A DNA stretch of 64,000 nt from an uncultured bacterium (GTDB taxonomy: Bacteria; Bacillota_I; Bacilli_A; RF39; UBA660): assembly GCA_946643435.1 (NCBI GenBank), contig CAMPCD010000001.1:4908-68907 (forward strand), written 5' to 3'. This document shows, piece by piece, positions 1-9,822 of this stretch. Made by a program: the position numbers and the translations under genes. Positions within the stretch are counted from its first letter, which is position 1. Every line of letters begins with the position of its first letter. The notes under the pieces are model-generated. The model was not told where the DNA came from. It searched no databases and saw only the letters and a program-made list of their open reading frames with translations.

Positions 1-2369
1 CAATAATTAGAATCATATATATCATTAGCTGAATTACTAGTAATTACATCAACGGTAACATCCTTACCGTATTCGCTTATTGCATCATAACTTGTATAAA
101 CAGGAAAATCAAAATAGTAATTTATCCAGTAAGGAGAAAAATATATAAGACCATTATCATATTTATAGTTTAATGTATAATCAAATGGATCATCACTAAA
201 ATCAAATGTGAATTTTATAGCTTGTTTATTTGTATTTTTGAAGTTGTTAATTATTTCAACAGTATAATGGTCCTGAACATACTGACTAAATTCTTCAGTA
301 TTTTTGAAGAATCTTCCAGATTGAGTTTTAACAACTTGAATCTTAGGCTTGTTACGCCCAGTCGGATCATTAATAGTTGGTAATTCAGTTCTAAATTCTA
401 AATCATCAAGACTTTCTATATAGGACCCTTCTGATAATAAAACATAGCCTACAAATCCAGGGTCATAATCGGATACTAATTGAATACCAAAGTTCATCTC
501 TACAGAATTTCTATATAAACCATTCGATATATTCTCAAAAATCTGCGTATATATACTTGGCCTATAATCTTGTTTGACATCAGTAATATCTGCAGACTCT
601 CTCATCCAATATCCTATCTCTCCATATTGTTCTTCATATTCTGTAAGATATGAATGCTCGGAACTACTAATTTTATAAAATGAACTTCTATATTCCGAAG
701 CAAATTCACCATTCTCGTATGCCGTAATATGTGGATAAAAATGAACTTGATCACCAACATTTATGTTGTCGCCATATAATTTGAATGAACTAGGTGCATT
801 TAAATAATTCATAGATTTATCAAAATTATGAATTATGAAATAGTAACCAACTACTCTCTTAGGAAAGTTTTTATAGAGTTTTCCTGTATTCTTAAACGAA
901 TCATATAATACGTAGTCCGTTTCATTCTGATACCTTACATATAAATCAACATCATAGCTTCCGTCAGGTATCGATTTTTTTGCTCCATTATAGAAAACAC
1001 CAGATAAATATCTACTGCCAGAATAGTTTCCTGGGAATGAAATCAACTCATAATTATATTCGTCATCATTTAACTTTCTGTAAGTAGAATCTTCTTTTTG
1101 TAAAATAGGAAAATCATATCCAACTTTAACATCTATTGTTCTATATTTATTATTAGTTACAAAGAATTCTGCATCTAGTGCATTAAGGTCATTTTCAGTA
1201 TTCATTATATTATGGTTATAAGTAATATGTTTTGAATTATCATATAAAGAAGCATTAACACTTATAGTTCCATCTATTTCATAATCAGATAGTTTTACAG
1301 TTTTCTCAAAAGTAAAAGCATCTTCATAATCATAACTATTATGATCATAACCAGCGTAATTATATATTCCACCAACAGTTACACTAAATGTGAAATCATC
1401 ATCATAAGTGTTTGGAACACCAATATAAACAGAAGAGAAGCATAATATAGGAGCAATAGACCCACTTAATGAGTCAACTTGTGGAAGTAAAACACTACAG
1501 AATACACTAGCCGACAAATACCCATTATGATTAGATAAAGATGAATCACTTCTTATTAAAACATCATCTGGAACATTAAATTTAAAACCACTGCTACCTA
1601 ATACTCTTGTTCCTTCACCATAAGAAAGACTAAAACTATATTTAAACCAAGTATAATCTCCCGAAGGAAGAGATTCATATGAGCTTGGTTTATATGCAGA
1701 TTGATAATCTAGGATTATTTCTTTTTTGTTAGAATTAAAATAAAAGTAAATTTCATTAGAAGTTTTGGTATTATTCAATTTAGCATAAAGATGTGATGCA
1801 ATATCTGGAAGTAAAGATGGTGCTGGTAATACATATGTAATTTGAACACTACCTTCAAAATTTTCGCTTGCAGGGATTGCATTATTATTAGTTAAAATTA
1901 TCTTTGATTTATCACTATTATATTTATATGACCACACATGTGTTTTAGTCGAACTATCAGATTTATCAGCACTGACAACTATAAACCTATCAATATAAGT
2001 GTCATATACTTTAGCCATATTAACATAGTTATAATACAAGTTATCTATTTCTATTTGTAAATCCCCTGCACCATAACTAGTAGATGTACCATTCTTTTTA
2101 TAATTTATTTGATATTTTAAAGTTTTTGATTCCTCATAATCAGTAGCAGTCCATTCGTATGAAGTTACTGAATTATTATTTTCATCAATTAAGATAGTAG
2201 ATATTTCCATATTTGATACATCTACTGATGCTAAATACACTCTTCGTACAGTTTCACTTATTGTTAAAGATATTTTATTAAAATTTAGCGTAAATAAAAA
2301 CAATAATGATATTCCTATCACCAATAAAACAAGCAATAGTTTTTTATTTACTTGTCTTTTGCTTTTCAT
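1..2369 (-). CDS. Large secreted or cell-surface protein with N-terminal signal-anchor; partial, C-terminus lies beyond the window start
   Basis: The minus-strand frame is open from the ATG at 2367-2369 (AGGAG 5 nt upstream) down to position 3. I hand-checked several 60-nt stretches and found no in-frame stop. N-terminus MKSKRQVNKKLLLVLLVIGISLLFLF. It is missing from the supplied ORF track, presumably because it has no stop inside the window. Confidence 0.7.
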   Translation of the reverse strand, partial: MKSKRQVNKKLLLVLLVIGISLLFLFTLNFNKISLTISETVRRVYLASVDVSNMEISTILIDENNNSVTSYEWTATDYEESKTLKYQINYKKNGTSTSYGAGDLQIEIDNLYYNYVNMAKVYDTYIDRFIVVSADKSDSSTKTHVWSYKYNSDKSKIILTNNNAIPASENFEGSVQITYVLPAPSLLPDIASHLYAKLNNTKTSNEIYFYFNSNKKEIILDYQSAYKPSSYESLPSGDYTWFKYSFSLSYGEGTRVLGSSGFKFNVPDDVLIRSDSSLSNHNGYLSASVFCSVLLPQVDSLSGSIAPILCFSSVYIGVPNTYDDDFTFSVTVGGIYNYAGYDHNSYDYEDAFTFEKTVKLSDYEIDGTISVNASLYDNSKHITYNHNIMNTENDLNALDAEFFVTNNKYRTIDVKVGYDFPILQKEDSTYRKLNDDEYNYELISFPGNYSGSRYLSGVFYNGAKKSIPDGSYDVDLYVRYQNETDYVLYDSFKNTGKLYKNFPKRVVGYYFIIHNFDKSMNYLNAPSSFKLYGDNINVGDQVHFYPHITAYENGEFASEYRSSFYKISSSEHSYLTEYEEQYGEIGYWMRESADITDVKQDYRPSIYTQIFENISNGLYRNSVEMNFGIQLVSDYDPGFVGYVLLSEGSYIESLDDLEFRTELPTINDPTGRNKPKIQVVKTQSGRFFKNTEEFSQYVQDHYTVEIINNFKNTNKQAIKFTFDFSDDPFDYTLNYKYDNGLIYFSPYWINYYFDFPVYTSYDAISEYGKDVTVDVITSNSANDIYDSNY

Positions 2370-2442
2370 ATGCACTCCTATTATATTTAATTATACTATA
2401 TTATATAATAGGAAAAAATATTAAAAATGTAAATTTAGACAT

Positions 2443-2476
2443 AAAAAAACTTTATCGCTCTTTTCCCCGATAAAGT
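2443..2476 (-). terminator. Intrinsic terminator ending the 2443-2947 non-coding transcript
   Basis: Minus-strand ACTTTATCG-GGGAAAAGAG-CGATAAAGT followed by TTTTTTT. Confidence 0.7.
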
Positions 2477-2947
2477 GTTTCTTTTTGTATGGTATATCAT
2501 AAATCAATTTTACGGCTTAGGTCGAGATGTGTTTCACTTTATCTCACTTAAAATTACTCTTAAGCACTTTCGTATTATGAGATAAAACTATAGAAATATA
2601 GTTTCTCGATTGCCACTTAGTCCGCACCTTAATACTTATGACATATACACGCTAGAGGTTTTCCCTAACAATAGTGACTATTCTTATATGCTTTTGCATT
2701 TATTATTTCATCTTACGAATCCCAAATAAACACTCACATCATGTATGTTATTATATTATTTACTTATTTCGTGACGGGGTTAAAGGAATTATCAGCTACA
2801 TGCCATTGTAGTTATCCTAAAACCTTAAATCAATTAACCACCCAACCCTGGCAGATCAAGCAATTAATTGAAGTGTCATATCTACAATTGGTAGATTTTT
2901 AGCCCTACCTTCAAATAGTATAATGACTAGCATAATGCACCACACAT
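2443..2947 (-). ncRNA. Candidate large structured RNA, copy 1 (about 505 nt, class unknown)
   Basis: Coding-free interval bounded by a TTGCAA-17-TATAAT promoter and an intrinsic terminator. It contains many local hairpins and is colinear in conserved blocks with 24476-25030. The downstream CDS has its own TTTACA-17-TATTAT promoter after the terminator. Confidence 0.5.
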
Positions 2948-2953
2948 AAGTAA

Positions 2954-2982
2954 ATTATAACAAAAAAAGCGATTTTTTGCAA
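2954..2982 (-). promoter_or_regulatory. Sigma-A type promoter (TTGCAA-17 nt-TATAAT)
   Basis: -35 at 2977-2982 and -10 at 2954-2959 on the minus strand, spacer exactly 17 nt, directly after the stop of the 2984-3394 CDS. Confidence 0.6.
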
Positions 2983-2983
2983 A

Positions 2984-3394
2984 TCACTTCAACATATCTA
3001 TAAGCATTGGTAATTCAAAAATGAAGAAACCAAGAATAATAACTGCAAGCACTAGTATTAAAGCTAGAACTACTTTAGGATTTTCTTTTTTTATTTGTTT
3101 AACTTGAACAATATCATTAATTTCATTTAATTTTTGAACATTAATTTGTTGATTATATTGTTGAGCATCATTAACATTAATAGTTTGAGTTGGATCAACT
3201 TGTTTAACTTCTGTTATTTGTGCCTTAATTTCTTCAACAGATTTACTCTCTTCAAGAGGAATATCTGCTTTAGGTTGATTAGCATTTTGTGCTCTTGCTA
3301 TTTCTAAAGCTTGTTCACTAGTTACTGCTATTGGTGCAGCAACTCCAGCATCTAATGTTTTAGTTACCACTTTTACATCTTGTTCTTCATTCAT
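2984..3394 (-). CDS. Tail-anchored membrane protein, function unknown
   Basis: 136-aa ORF. The body is Q/N/E/K-rich and low-complexity, with a single C-terminal TM helix (VVLALILVLAVIILGFFIF). Confidence 0.5.
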   Translation of the reverse strand: MNEEQDVKVVTKTLDAGVAAPIAVTSEQALEIARAQNANQPKADIPLEESKSVEEIKAQITEVKQVDPTQTINVNDAQQYNQQINVQKLNEINDIVQVKQIKKENPKVVLALILVLAVIILGFFIFELPMLIDMLK

Positions 3395-3403
3395 TTTATC
3401 ACC

Positions 3404-5023
3404 TTAATTACTTAGTACTTCTAATATATTTGGTACCATTTGTTTCTTTCTTGAAACTACACCTTCAAGTAAATATCCTTGATGAATACTTTCAATACCA
3501 TATGCATTTTCTAATACTTTATTAGAGTTATCAGAATATATTAAATATGAATTGTTATTCATAAAGTCTGTTACATATAATGCACATACTTCAAGTCCAT
3601 TTCTTTCAGCTTCTTTATTTAATTCAGAAACAATTTCTTCCATTCTTGCTTCAAATTCACTAAAGTCTAATGTAAATACTTGAGATATAGATACCTTATG
3701 ATCATTTATTTCATATTGCTTACTATCTTTAAAGATAATATCTTCTGCAGATACACCTTCTATAGATACTCCTGATTGTAATAAATCTACACCATATTTA
3801 TAAATATCTACACCAGCTATCTTAGCTAAATCTTCTGCAACCATTTTATCCATTTCAGTAGTTGTTGGACTCTTTAAACATAATGTATCAGATAAAATAC
3901 CTGATAACATAATACCAGCAATATCCTTAGGTATTTCAACTTTATTATCTTTATATATTTGATAAATAATAGTATTAGTTGAACCAACAGCCATTGCTCT
4001 AATATTAATAGGTTCTGTAGTAATTAAATCACTTAAGTTATGATGATCTACTATTTCTACTATTTCAGCTTCATTTATACCATCAACAGATTGTCTTGGT
4101 GCATTATGATCAACTAAAATAATCTTCTTCTTATTAACCTTCTTAACATCTACAGTTCTTAACATACCTAAACAAGTATTATCATTTGTAATAATTGGAT
4201 AGTTAGTATGTTTTAACTTAGCTATTACATCTTCTGCATCTGATAAGTAATCATTAACATTAAATGTAGTACACTTTTCATTTCTTTGTATTGATTTAAT
4301 TGGATTAGCTAAACATAATACTCTTGCTACTTTAAATGATGATTTGTTAGATGAAATAATATTAATATTATTTTGAGCAGCTAACTTCATTTGTTCTTCA
4401 CTTAATTCTTTAGCATGTACCATGATAATTAATTTAACTCCAACCTTTAATGCATGTTCAATGATTTGTTTTCTATCACCAACAATTAAAATAGATTTAT
4501 TATCCAAATGAACATCTTTAATGAATGTTGCATCATCAAAAGTTGTAGCATGAGCATAACCTTCAATGTTATCATCTACTTTATAAAAACTTTTAGCATC
4601 AAGTACTTTTACTAAATTATCAAATGATGTATCAACATATAATGATTCATTATAAATCATATTAGCAGCTATCTCTTTTAAAGAAACATAACCTTTAAAC
4701 TTATTATTATCATCAACCAAAGGTACACCAGTTATACCATTGTCATGCATAAAATTAAATGTATCAATAATTGATGCGTTTTCATTAACCATGAAATTCT
4801 TACTAAAATTAACATCTTTAATTTGTAATTTAACATCGTTTAAATATTGCGGAACTTGTACTTTAAACTTCTTTAAAGCATATGCTGTTTCAGCAGTAAT
4901 TGCACCCAATATTCTTGGTTCAGCATGAACTCCAATTTCATGTTTAAAGTGTGCTAAACTAATTGCACTAGTAACAGAATCTGTATCTGGATTCTTATGT
5001 CCTACTATATAAATCTTATCCAT
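3404..5023 (-). CDS. ppaC: CBS-domain-containing family II (DHH/DHHA2) manganese-dependent inorganic pyrophosphatase
   Basis: N-terminal DHH motif GHKNPDTDS, later LVDHNAP and GILSDTL (DHHA2). A long CBS/DRTGG-like insert lies between the DHH motifs. 539 aa. Confidence 0.85.
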   Translation of the reverse strand: MDKIYIVGHKNPDTDSVTSAISLAHFKHEIGVHAEPRILGAITAETAYALKKFKVQVPQYLNDVKLQIKDVNFSKNFMVNENASIIDTFNFMHDNGITGVPLVDDNNKFKGYVSLKEIAANMIYNESLYVDTSFDNLVKVLDAKSFYKVDDNIEGYAHATTFDDATFIKDVHLDNKSILIVGDRKQIIEHALKVGVKLIIMVHAKELSEEQMKLAAQNNINIISSNKSSFKVARVLCLANPIKSIQRNEKCTTFNVNDYLSDAEDVIAKLKHTNYPIITNDNTCLGMLRTVDVKKVNKKKIILVDHNAPRQSVDGINEAEIVEIVDHHNLSDLITTEPINIRAMAVGSTNTIIYQIYKDNKVEIPKDIAGIMLSGILSDTLCLKSPTTTEMDKMVAEDLAKIAGVDIYKYGVDLLQSGVSIEGVSAEDIIFKDSKQYEINDHKVSISQVFTLDFSEFEARMEEIVSELNKEAERNGLEVCALYVTDFMNNNSYLIYSDNSNKVLENAYGIESIHQGYLLEGVVSRKKQMVPNILEVLSN

Positions 5024-5052
5024 GCTCTCACCTCCTTTAACATATAAAAGAA

Positions 5053-5835
5053 CTACTTAGTTGTAGTTCCTGTTTTTTTAGCTCTACTATGATGATGTGT
5101 TCTTTTCTTCGTTGCAGTTTCTTCTGCCTTTGGAGTAGCTGTTTCTGTTGATTGAGTTTTAACTAATTTCTTAAGTTCTTTTAACTCAGCTTCTCTCTTT
5201 ATAGATTGAATCTTTAATTCATCTATATCAGCTTTATAATCATCAATTGTTCTATCAATTCTTGAATTCTCTTTAACTATTTGAGATCCACGAGCAATTA
5301 CTACTTTCATTATTCCACCAAATAACATGAAGAATAATCCATGGAAGTTAATAGTTAAATACATATCTAAGAACATATTAGTTGTTGTTGATAATATAAA
5401 TAGCATAATAGGCATTAAGAATGTAGACATAAATGAAATACTAATTATTTCAGTAGCTAAATTATCACTCTTCTTAGTAAATAAATCACCTATAGTAATA
5501 TTTCTAAATAAAATAATAAATTTAGAAACAAGAACATATAATAACACATTATTTAAAGAATTAGCAATAGTATAACCTAAAACAGCAGTTAAAACTTTTT
5601 CCATACCATAATTGATTACAAATATACTAACTTTTATCTTACTATATGGTAATAACACACTTGTGAATTTTGTTAATAAAGTTGCATCTAGATTATTACC
5701 CGCAATTAATACAGTAACAATTAGACCTAATGTCATACCTATATATAATACAGCAAATATTAGTATTATCCATTTAACAACTAATAATAAACTGTTACCA
5801 ACATAATAAATCTTTTTTCTATCAGACTCACTCAT
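5053..5835 (-). CDS. Polytopic membrane protein with C-terminal coiled-coil and Lys/Thr-rich basic tail, unknown function
   Basis: 260 aa with about 5 hydrophobic helices, then IDELKIQSIKREAELKELKKL and the tail KKRTHHHSRAKKTGTTTK. Confidence 0.55.
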   Translation of the reverse strand: MSESDRKKIYYVGNSLLLVVKWIILIFAVLYIGMTLGLIVTVLIAGNNLDATLLTKFTSVLLPYSKIKVSIFVINYGMEKVLTAVLGYTIANSLNNVLLYVLVSKFIILFRNITIGDLFTKKSDNLATEIISISFMSTFLMPIMLFILSTTTNMFLDMYLTINFHGLFFMLFGGIMKVVIARGSQIVKENSRIDRTIDDYKADIDELKIQSIKREAELKELKKLVKTQSTETATPKAEETATKKRTHHHSRAKKTGTTTK

Positions 5836-5945
5836 ATAGCCACACCCTATTCTATTAATAATATTATCATATTATATCTTTTTTTAAAAGTATTTATTTT
5901 TAATTATATTTAATATATAATTAATCTAGTTAAAAGGTGGTATAT

Positions 5946-7337
5946 ATGGCAAAAAGGAAAAAGAAAAAACTAAGATTGAAAAAAAGAATTACTTTGTTCT
6001 TAGTTATTACCGTATTAGTTATAACTGCTGCAGTACTTGCTGGTAATGAAATTAATAAGTTAATTATGGCTAGTAAGTTAAATGAAAAGCATTTAACTAT
6101 ATCATACGATAATATAGATGAAACTAAGTATAAAGTTAATATAACATATGATGATTTAGATGGTGTTGAATGTTCAATAGATAATAATGAATTTAAACCT
6201 ATGAATGAATGTACATTTGAATTACCTGTTGGTAAATATACTATTTATATCAAAAAAGATGAAAGTTTATTAAAGAAAGACTTCGAAGTTAAATCTAAAT
6301 ATGATGGATATTTTAGAACTACTTTAGATAATGTAGAAACATATTATTTAGCATTAGGAGGAAGTAAAGAATTAGAATTTACTTTCAATTATCCTGAAGG
6401 ATATGATACTACACGAACTTATGAAATAGATGATGATAGTATTATTAATATGGAAAAGGATACTATTAAAGGATTAAAGAATGGTACTACTACATTACAT
6501 GTTAAAATGAAAGATGGTTATACAAGAGATTATAATATCATGGTAACAGATATTATTAGTCCACCTACTTTAAATAATAATAAAGAGTATCTTCCATGTA
6601 TGAGATACAATCAAGAAGAAGCAGATTTATTAGATAAAATATTAGAGTCAAGAGTTCAAGAAGCTGGATATGGTACAAGAGGTGCTGTAGTAGCAGTAGC
6701 AAGATTCATTAATCTTGAATTCAAATATCAAATGAAATATTTCAATGAAAATGGTAGATTAAATGATCATGGTATTAGACCACATGTTGATGGTGAAGGT
6801 AGATTCTTCCATAAAGGAATGTATCTACAAACAGATAAATATTCAGTACTAGAAAAAGGTGCTAGTGATACAGGTCCTAAACCATGGGGATGTGAAATAT
6901 ATGATAGATTCATTTCAAGAATGAATAAAAATGGATTCGATTGTTCAGGATTTGTAACATGGGCAATGTATAACGGTGGATTCATTTATCATGATTCAGG
7001 TGCTGGTGAATTTAAACAATTTGATGATGACTTATCTGACTTAGGTCCACATCATGAAATAACAGATGAATATATGAAAAATGGACACTATCAAGTTGGA
7101 GACTTTATTGCAAGAGATGGACATGCTGCCTTAATAATTGGTATATCTGATGATACAATTTATACAGCTGAATCACTTCCACCTAAACTTAAAATATATA
7201 TCTATGGTAGATATACAGGAATAACTAAACATGGTGGAACTTGGAAGAGTTTAGTTAATGATGATAACTTAACTTATGTAGTTGAAATGGATGACATATA
7301 TCCTAATGGAGCTGGATGGTTCCATAATATGTGGTAA
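5946..7337 (+). CDS. Membrane-anchored NlpC/P60 (C40) cell-wall peptidase
   Basis: ATG at 5946 preceded by AAAAGGTGG. N-terminal TM anchor. Catalytic Cys context FDCSGFVTWAMY and His context ARDGHAALIIG. Confidence 0.8.
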   Translation: MAKRKKKKLRLKKRITLFLVITVLVITAAVLAGNEINKLIMASKLNEKHLTISYDNIDETKYKVNITYDDLDGVECSIDNNEFKPMNECTFELPVGKYTIYIKKDESLLKKDFEVKSKYDGYFRTTLDNVETYYLALGGSKELEFTFNYPEGYDTTRTYEIDDDSIINMEKDTIKGLKNGTTTLHVKMKDGYTRDYNIMVTDIISPPTLNNNKEYLPCMRYNQEEADLLDKILESRVQEAGYGTRGAVVAVARFINLEFKYQMKYFNENGRLNDHGIRPHVDGEGRFFHKGMYLQTDKYSVLEKGASDTGPKPWGCEIYDRFISRMNKNGFDCSGFVTWAMYNGGFIYHDSGAGEFKQFDDDLSDLGPHHEITDEYMKNGHYQVGDFIARDGHAALIIGISDDTIYTAESLPPKLKIYIYGRYTGITKHGGTWKSLVNDDNLTYVVEMDDIYPNGAGWFHNMW

Positions 7338-7339
7338 TT

Positions 7340-7372
7340 AAAAAAGATACTTATTTTAAAGTATCTTTTTTG
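7340..7372. terminator. Bidirectional intrinsic terminator between the convergent NlpC/P60 gene and uvrB
   Basis: AAAAAAGATACTT-ATTTT-AAGTATCTTTTTT, with an A-run and a T-run flanking the stem. Confidence 0.75.
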
Positions 7373-9328
7373 TTATTCAGATTTCATTTCGAAGATTAAA
7401 TCTCTTAATTCTGCTGCTTTCTCAAAGTCTAAGTTAGCTGCAGCTTGTTTCATTTCTTCTTCCATAACTGCAAGAATTTGTTCTTTATCTTGTTTAGTTA
7501 ATTTCTTATCTTCAAGTTTTTCCATTTCTTCATTTGTAACAACATCTTTAATCTTCTTAATAACTGTCTTAGGAACAATACCATGTTCTTTATTATATTG
7601 ATCTTGTATTTCTCTTCTTCTATTTGTTTCCTTAATTGATTGATCCATTGCTTCACTTACAGTGTCAGCATACATGATTACTTTACCTTCAGCATTTCTT
7701 GCACATCTACCAATAATTTGGATAAGTGATCTATAACTTCTTAAGAATCCTTGTTTATCAGCATCCATGATAGCAATCATTGATACTTCAGGTAAATCAA
7801 TACCTTCTCTTAATAAGTTAATACCTACAAGAACATCATATTTACCTTGTCTTAATTCTTTAATTATTTTTAATCTTTCTAATGTTTTAACTTCAGTATG
7901 TAAGTAAGCTACTTTTATACCTACACCTTTAAGGTAAGCAGTTAATTCTTCTGCCATTCTAATAGTTAATGTAGTGACTAATACTCTTTCATTTTTAGCT
8001 ATTCTTTCATTTATTTCACCAATCAAATCATCTATTTGACCTTCACTAGGTCTTACATCAATTAGTGGATCTAATAAACCTGTTGGTCTAATTAATTGTT
8101 CAACAGTTTTATTATTAACTAATTCTAATTCATAATCACCAGGTGTTGCAGATACATATATTACTTGATTTAATTTTTGTTCAAATTCATCAAACTTCAA
8201 TGGTCTATTATCTAATGCACTTGGTAATCTAAATCCATAGTCAACTAGAGTTTGCTTACGCATTCTATCCCCATTATACATACCTCTTACTTGAGGTAAT
8301 GTTATATGTGATTCATCAATAAATAATAAATAATCTTCAGGGAAGAAATCCATCAATGTCCCCGGAGTAGAACCTTCTTCTCTTAAAGCTAAATGTCTAG
8401 AATAGTTTTCTATACCATGACAGAAACCTGTTTCTCTAAGCATCTCTAAATCATAGTTACATCTTTGTTCTAGTCTTTCTGCTTCCAATAATTTATTATT
8501 ATCTCTTAATTCTTTTAATCTAGCATGTAATTCTTCTTCAATTCTATCACATGCTATATTTAATTTATCTTTATTAGTTACAAAGTGTGTTGCAGGGAAT
8601 ATCATAGTTGTTTTCTTTTGTTTAATAATATTACCTGTTAATACATCAAATTCACATATTCTATCTACTTCATCACCAAATAGTTCTATTCTTATTCCAT
8701 TTTTCTTTTCGGCTGCAGGAACAATATCAATAGTATCTCCTTTAGATCTAAAGGTACCACGATGAAAATCAATTTCATTTCTCTCATAGTTCATATCTAT
8801 TAATCTATATAAGATATCTTCTCTTTTCTTTATATCTCCAACTGATACTACTAAACATTCATTTTTATAATCTTCCTTATCACCTAAACCATATATACAT
8901 GATACGGATGCAACTACTATAGTATCTCTTCTTGTTAATAATGATTCAGTAGCAGAATGTCTTAGTTCATCTATTTCATCATTAATAGAGGCATCTTTTT
9001 CAATGTATGTATCAGAAGAAGGAACATATGCTTCAGGTTGATAATAATCATAGTAACTAACAAAATATTCTACTCTATTATTAGGAAATAATTCTTTCAT
9101 CTCAGCATATAATTGCCCGGCTAGAGTTTTATTAGGTTCTAATATTAAAGTTGGTCTGTTCTCTCTTGCTATAACATTTGCCATGGTAAAAGTTTTACCT
9201 GAACCTGTTACACCTAATAATACTTGATTCTTATTACCTGCATCTATAGACTTACATAACTCATCTATTGCTTTAGGTTGATCACCTGAAGGTTTAAATT
9301 CAGATATTAATTCAAACTTATTATCCAT
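7373..9328 (-). CDS. uvrB: Excinuclease ABC subunit B
   Basis: Walker [16 protein letters not shown], helicase motifs, and the C-terminal UVR domain [16 protein letters not shown]. Start set at MDNKFEL (GAGGTGA RBS) rather than the upstream in-frame ATG at 9358. Confidence 0.95.
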   Translation of the reverse strand: MDNKFELISEFKPSGDQPKAIDELCKSIDAGNKNQVLLGVTGSGKTFTMANVIARENRPTLILEPNKTLAGQLYAEMKELFPNNRVEYFVSYYDYYQPEAYVPSSDTYIEKDASINDEIDELRHSATESLLTRRDTIVVASVSCIYGLGDKEDYKNECLVVSVGDIKKREDILYRLIDMNYERNEIDFHRGTFRSKGDTIDIVPAAEKKNGIRIELFGDEVDRICEFDVLTGNIIKQKKTTMIFPATHFVTNKDKLNIACDRIEEELHARLKELRDNNKLLEAERLEQRCNYDLEMLRETGFCHGIENYSRHLALREEGSTPGTLMDFFPEDYLLFIDESHITLPQVRGMYNGDRMRKQTLVDYGFRLPSALDNRPLKFDEFEQKLNQVIYVSATPGDYELELVNNKTVEQLIRPTGLLDPLIDVRPSEGQIDDLIGEINERIAKNERVLVTTLTIRMAEELTAYLKGVGIKVAYLHTEVKTLERLKIIKELRQGKYDVLVGINLLREGIDLPEVSMIAIMDADKQGFLRSYRSLIQIIGRCARNAEGKVIMYADTVSEAMDQSIKETNRRREIQDQYNKEHGIVPKTVIKKIKDVVTNEEMEKLEDKKLTKQDKEQILAVMEEEMKQAAANLDFEKAAELRDLIFEMKSE

Positions 9329-9443
9329 GTTATCACCTCTTTTACTGTATTCTATCATATATGTAACTCATGGTAAAACTATTATTTTTTAGTTGAATAA
9401 TAAAAACAATAATAGTATTATAAGCATAAGGAGTGTGAAAAGT

Positions 9444-9800
9444 ATGATTCAAAAAAGAGATATAGCTGTTTCAATTATCTTATCTATAGTTACATGTGGT
9501 ATCTATGGTATTTACTGGTTTATTGTTATGACTGATGATGTTAAGCTTGCTGCAGGAGATAATCAATTAGCTTCTGGTGGAATGGCATTTATTTTAACAT
9601 TAGTTACATGTGGTATCTATGGTATTTATTGGGCATATAAAATGGGTGAATTAATGTCTATTGCTCAACAAAAACGTAACTTACCAGTTAAAGATAATGC
9701 TATCATTTATTTAATACTAGAAATCTTTGGTCTAGCTATAGTTAATTACATTTTAATTCAAAATGATTTAAATACAATAGCTACTATGACAGAGAAATAA
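9444..9800 (+). CDS. DUF4234-like small membrane protein
   Basis: Duplicated TCGIYGIYW motif within two TM hairpins. ATG at 9444 preceded by AAGGAGTG. Confidence 0.6.
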   Translation: MIQKRDIAVSIILSIVTCGIYGIYWFIVMTDDVKLAAGDNQLASGGMAFILTLVTCGIYGIYWAYKMGELMSIAQQKRNLPVKDNAIIYLILEIFGLAIVNYILIQNDLNTIATMTEK

Positions 9801-9822
9801 GCCTTATGGCTTTTTCTTTTTT

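Noticed and set aside
2443-2947. Tested whether the 0.5-kb non-coding RNAs (here and at 24476-25030) are RNase P RNA, tmRNA, SRP RNA, a glmS ribozyme, or a ydaO/c-di-AMP or cobalamin riboswitch.
   Set aside because: The diagnostic cores are absent on either strand. There is no GAGGAAAGUCC or ACAGAAxxGGCUUA (RNase P). There is no GGGG...UUCGAC 5' end or tRNA-like GGUUCGAxUCC-CCA 3' end (tmRNA). There is no GGAAGCAGC (SRP). Only short chance resemblances were found, such as CGAGAAAC, AGCCGTAA and CCCGTCAC. These were eye-level motif checks only, so a covariance-model scan is still needed.
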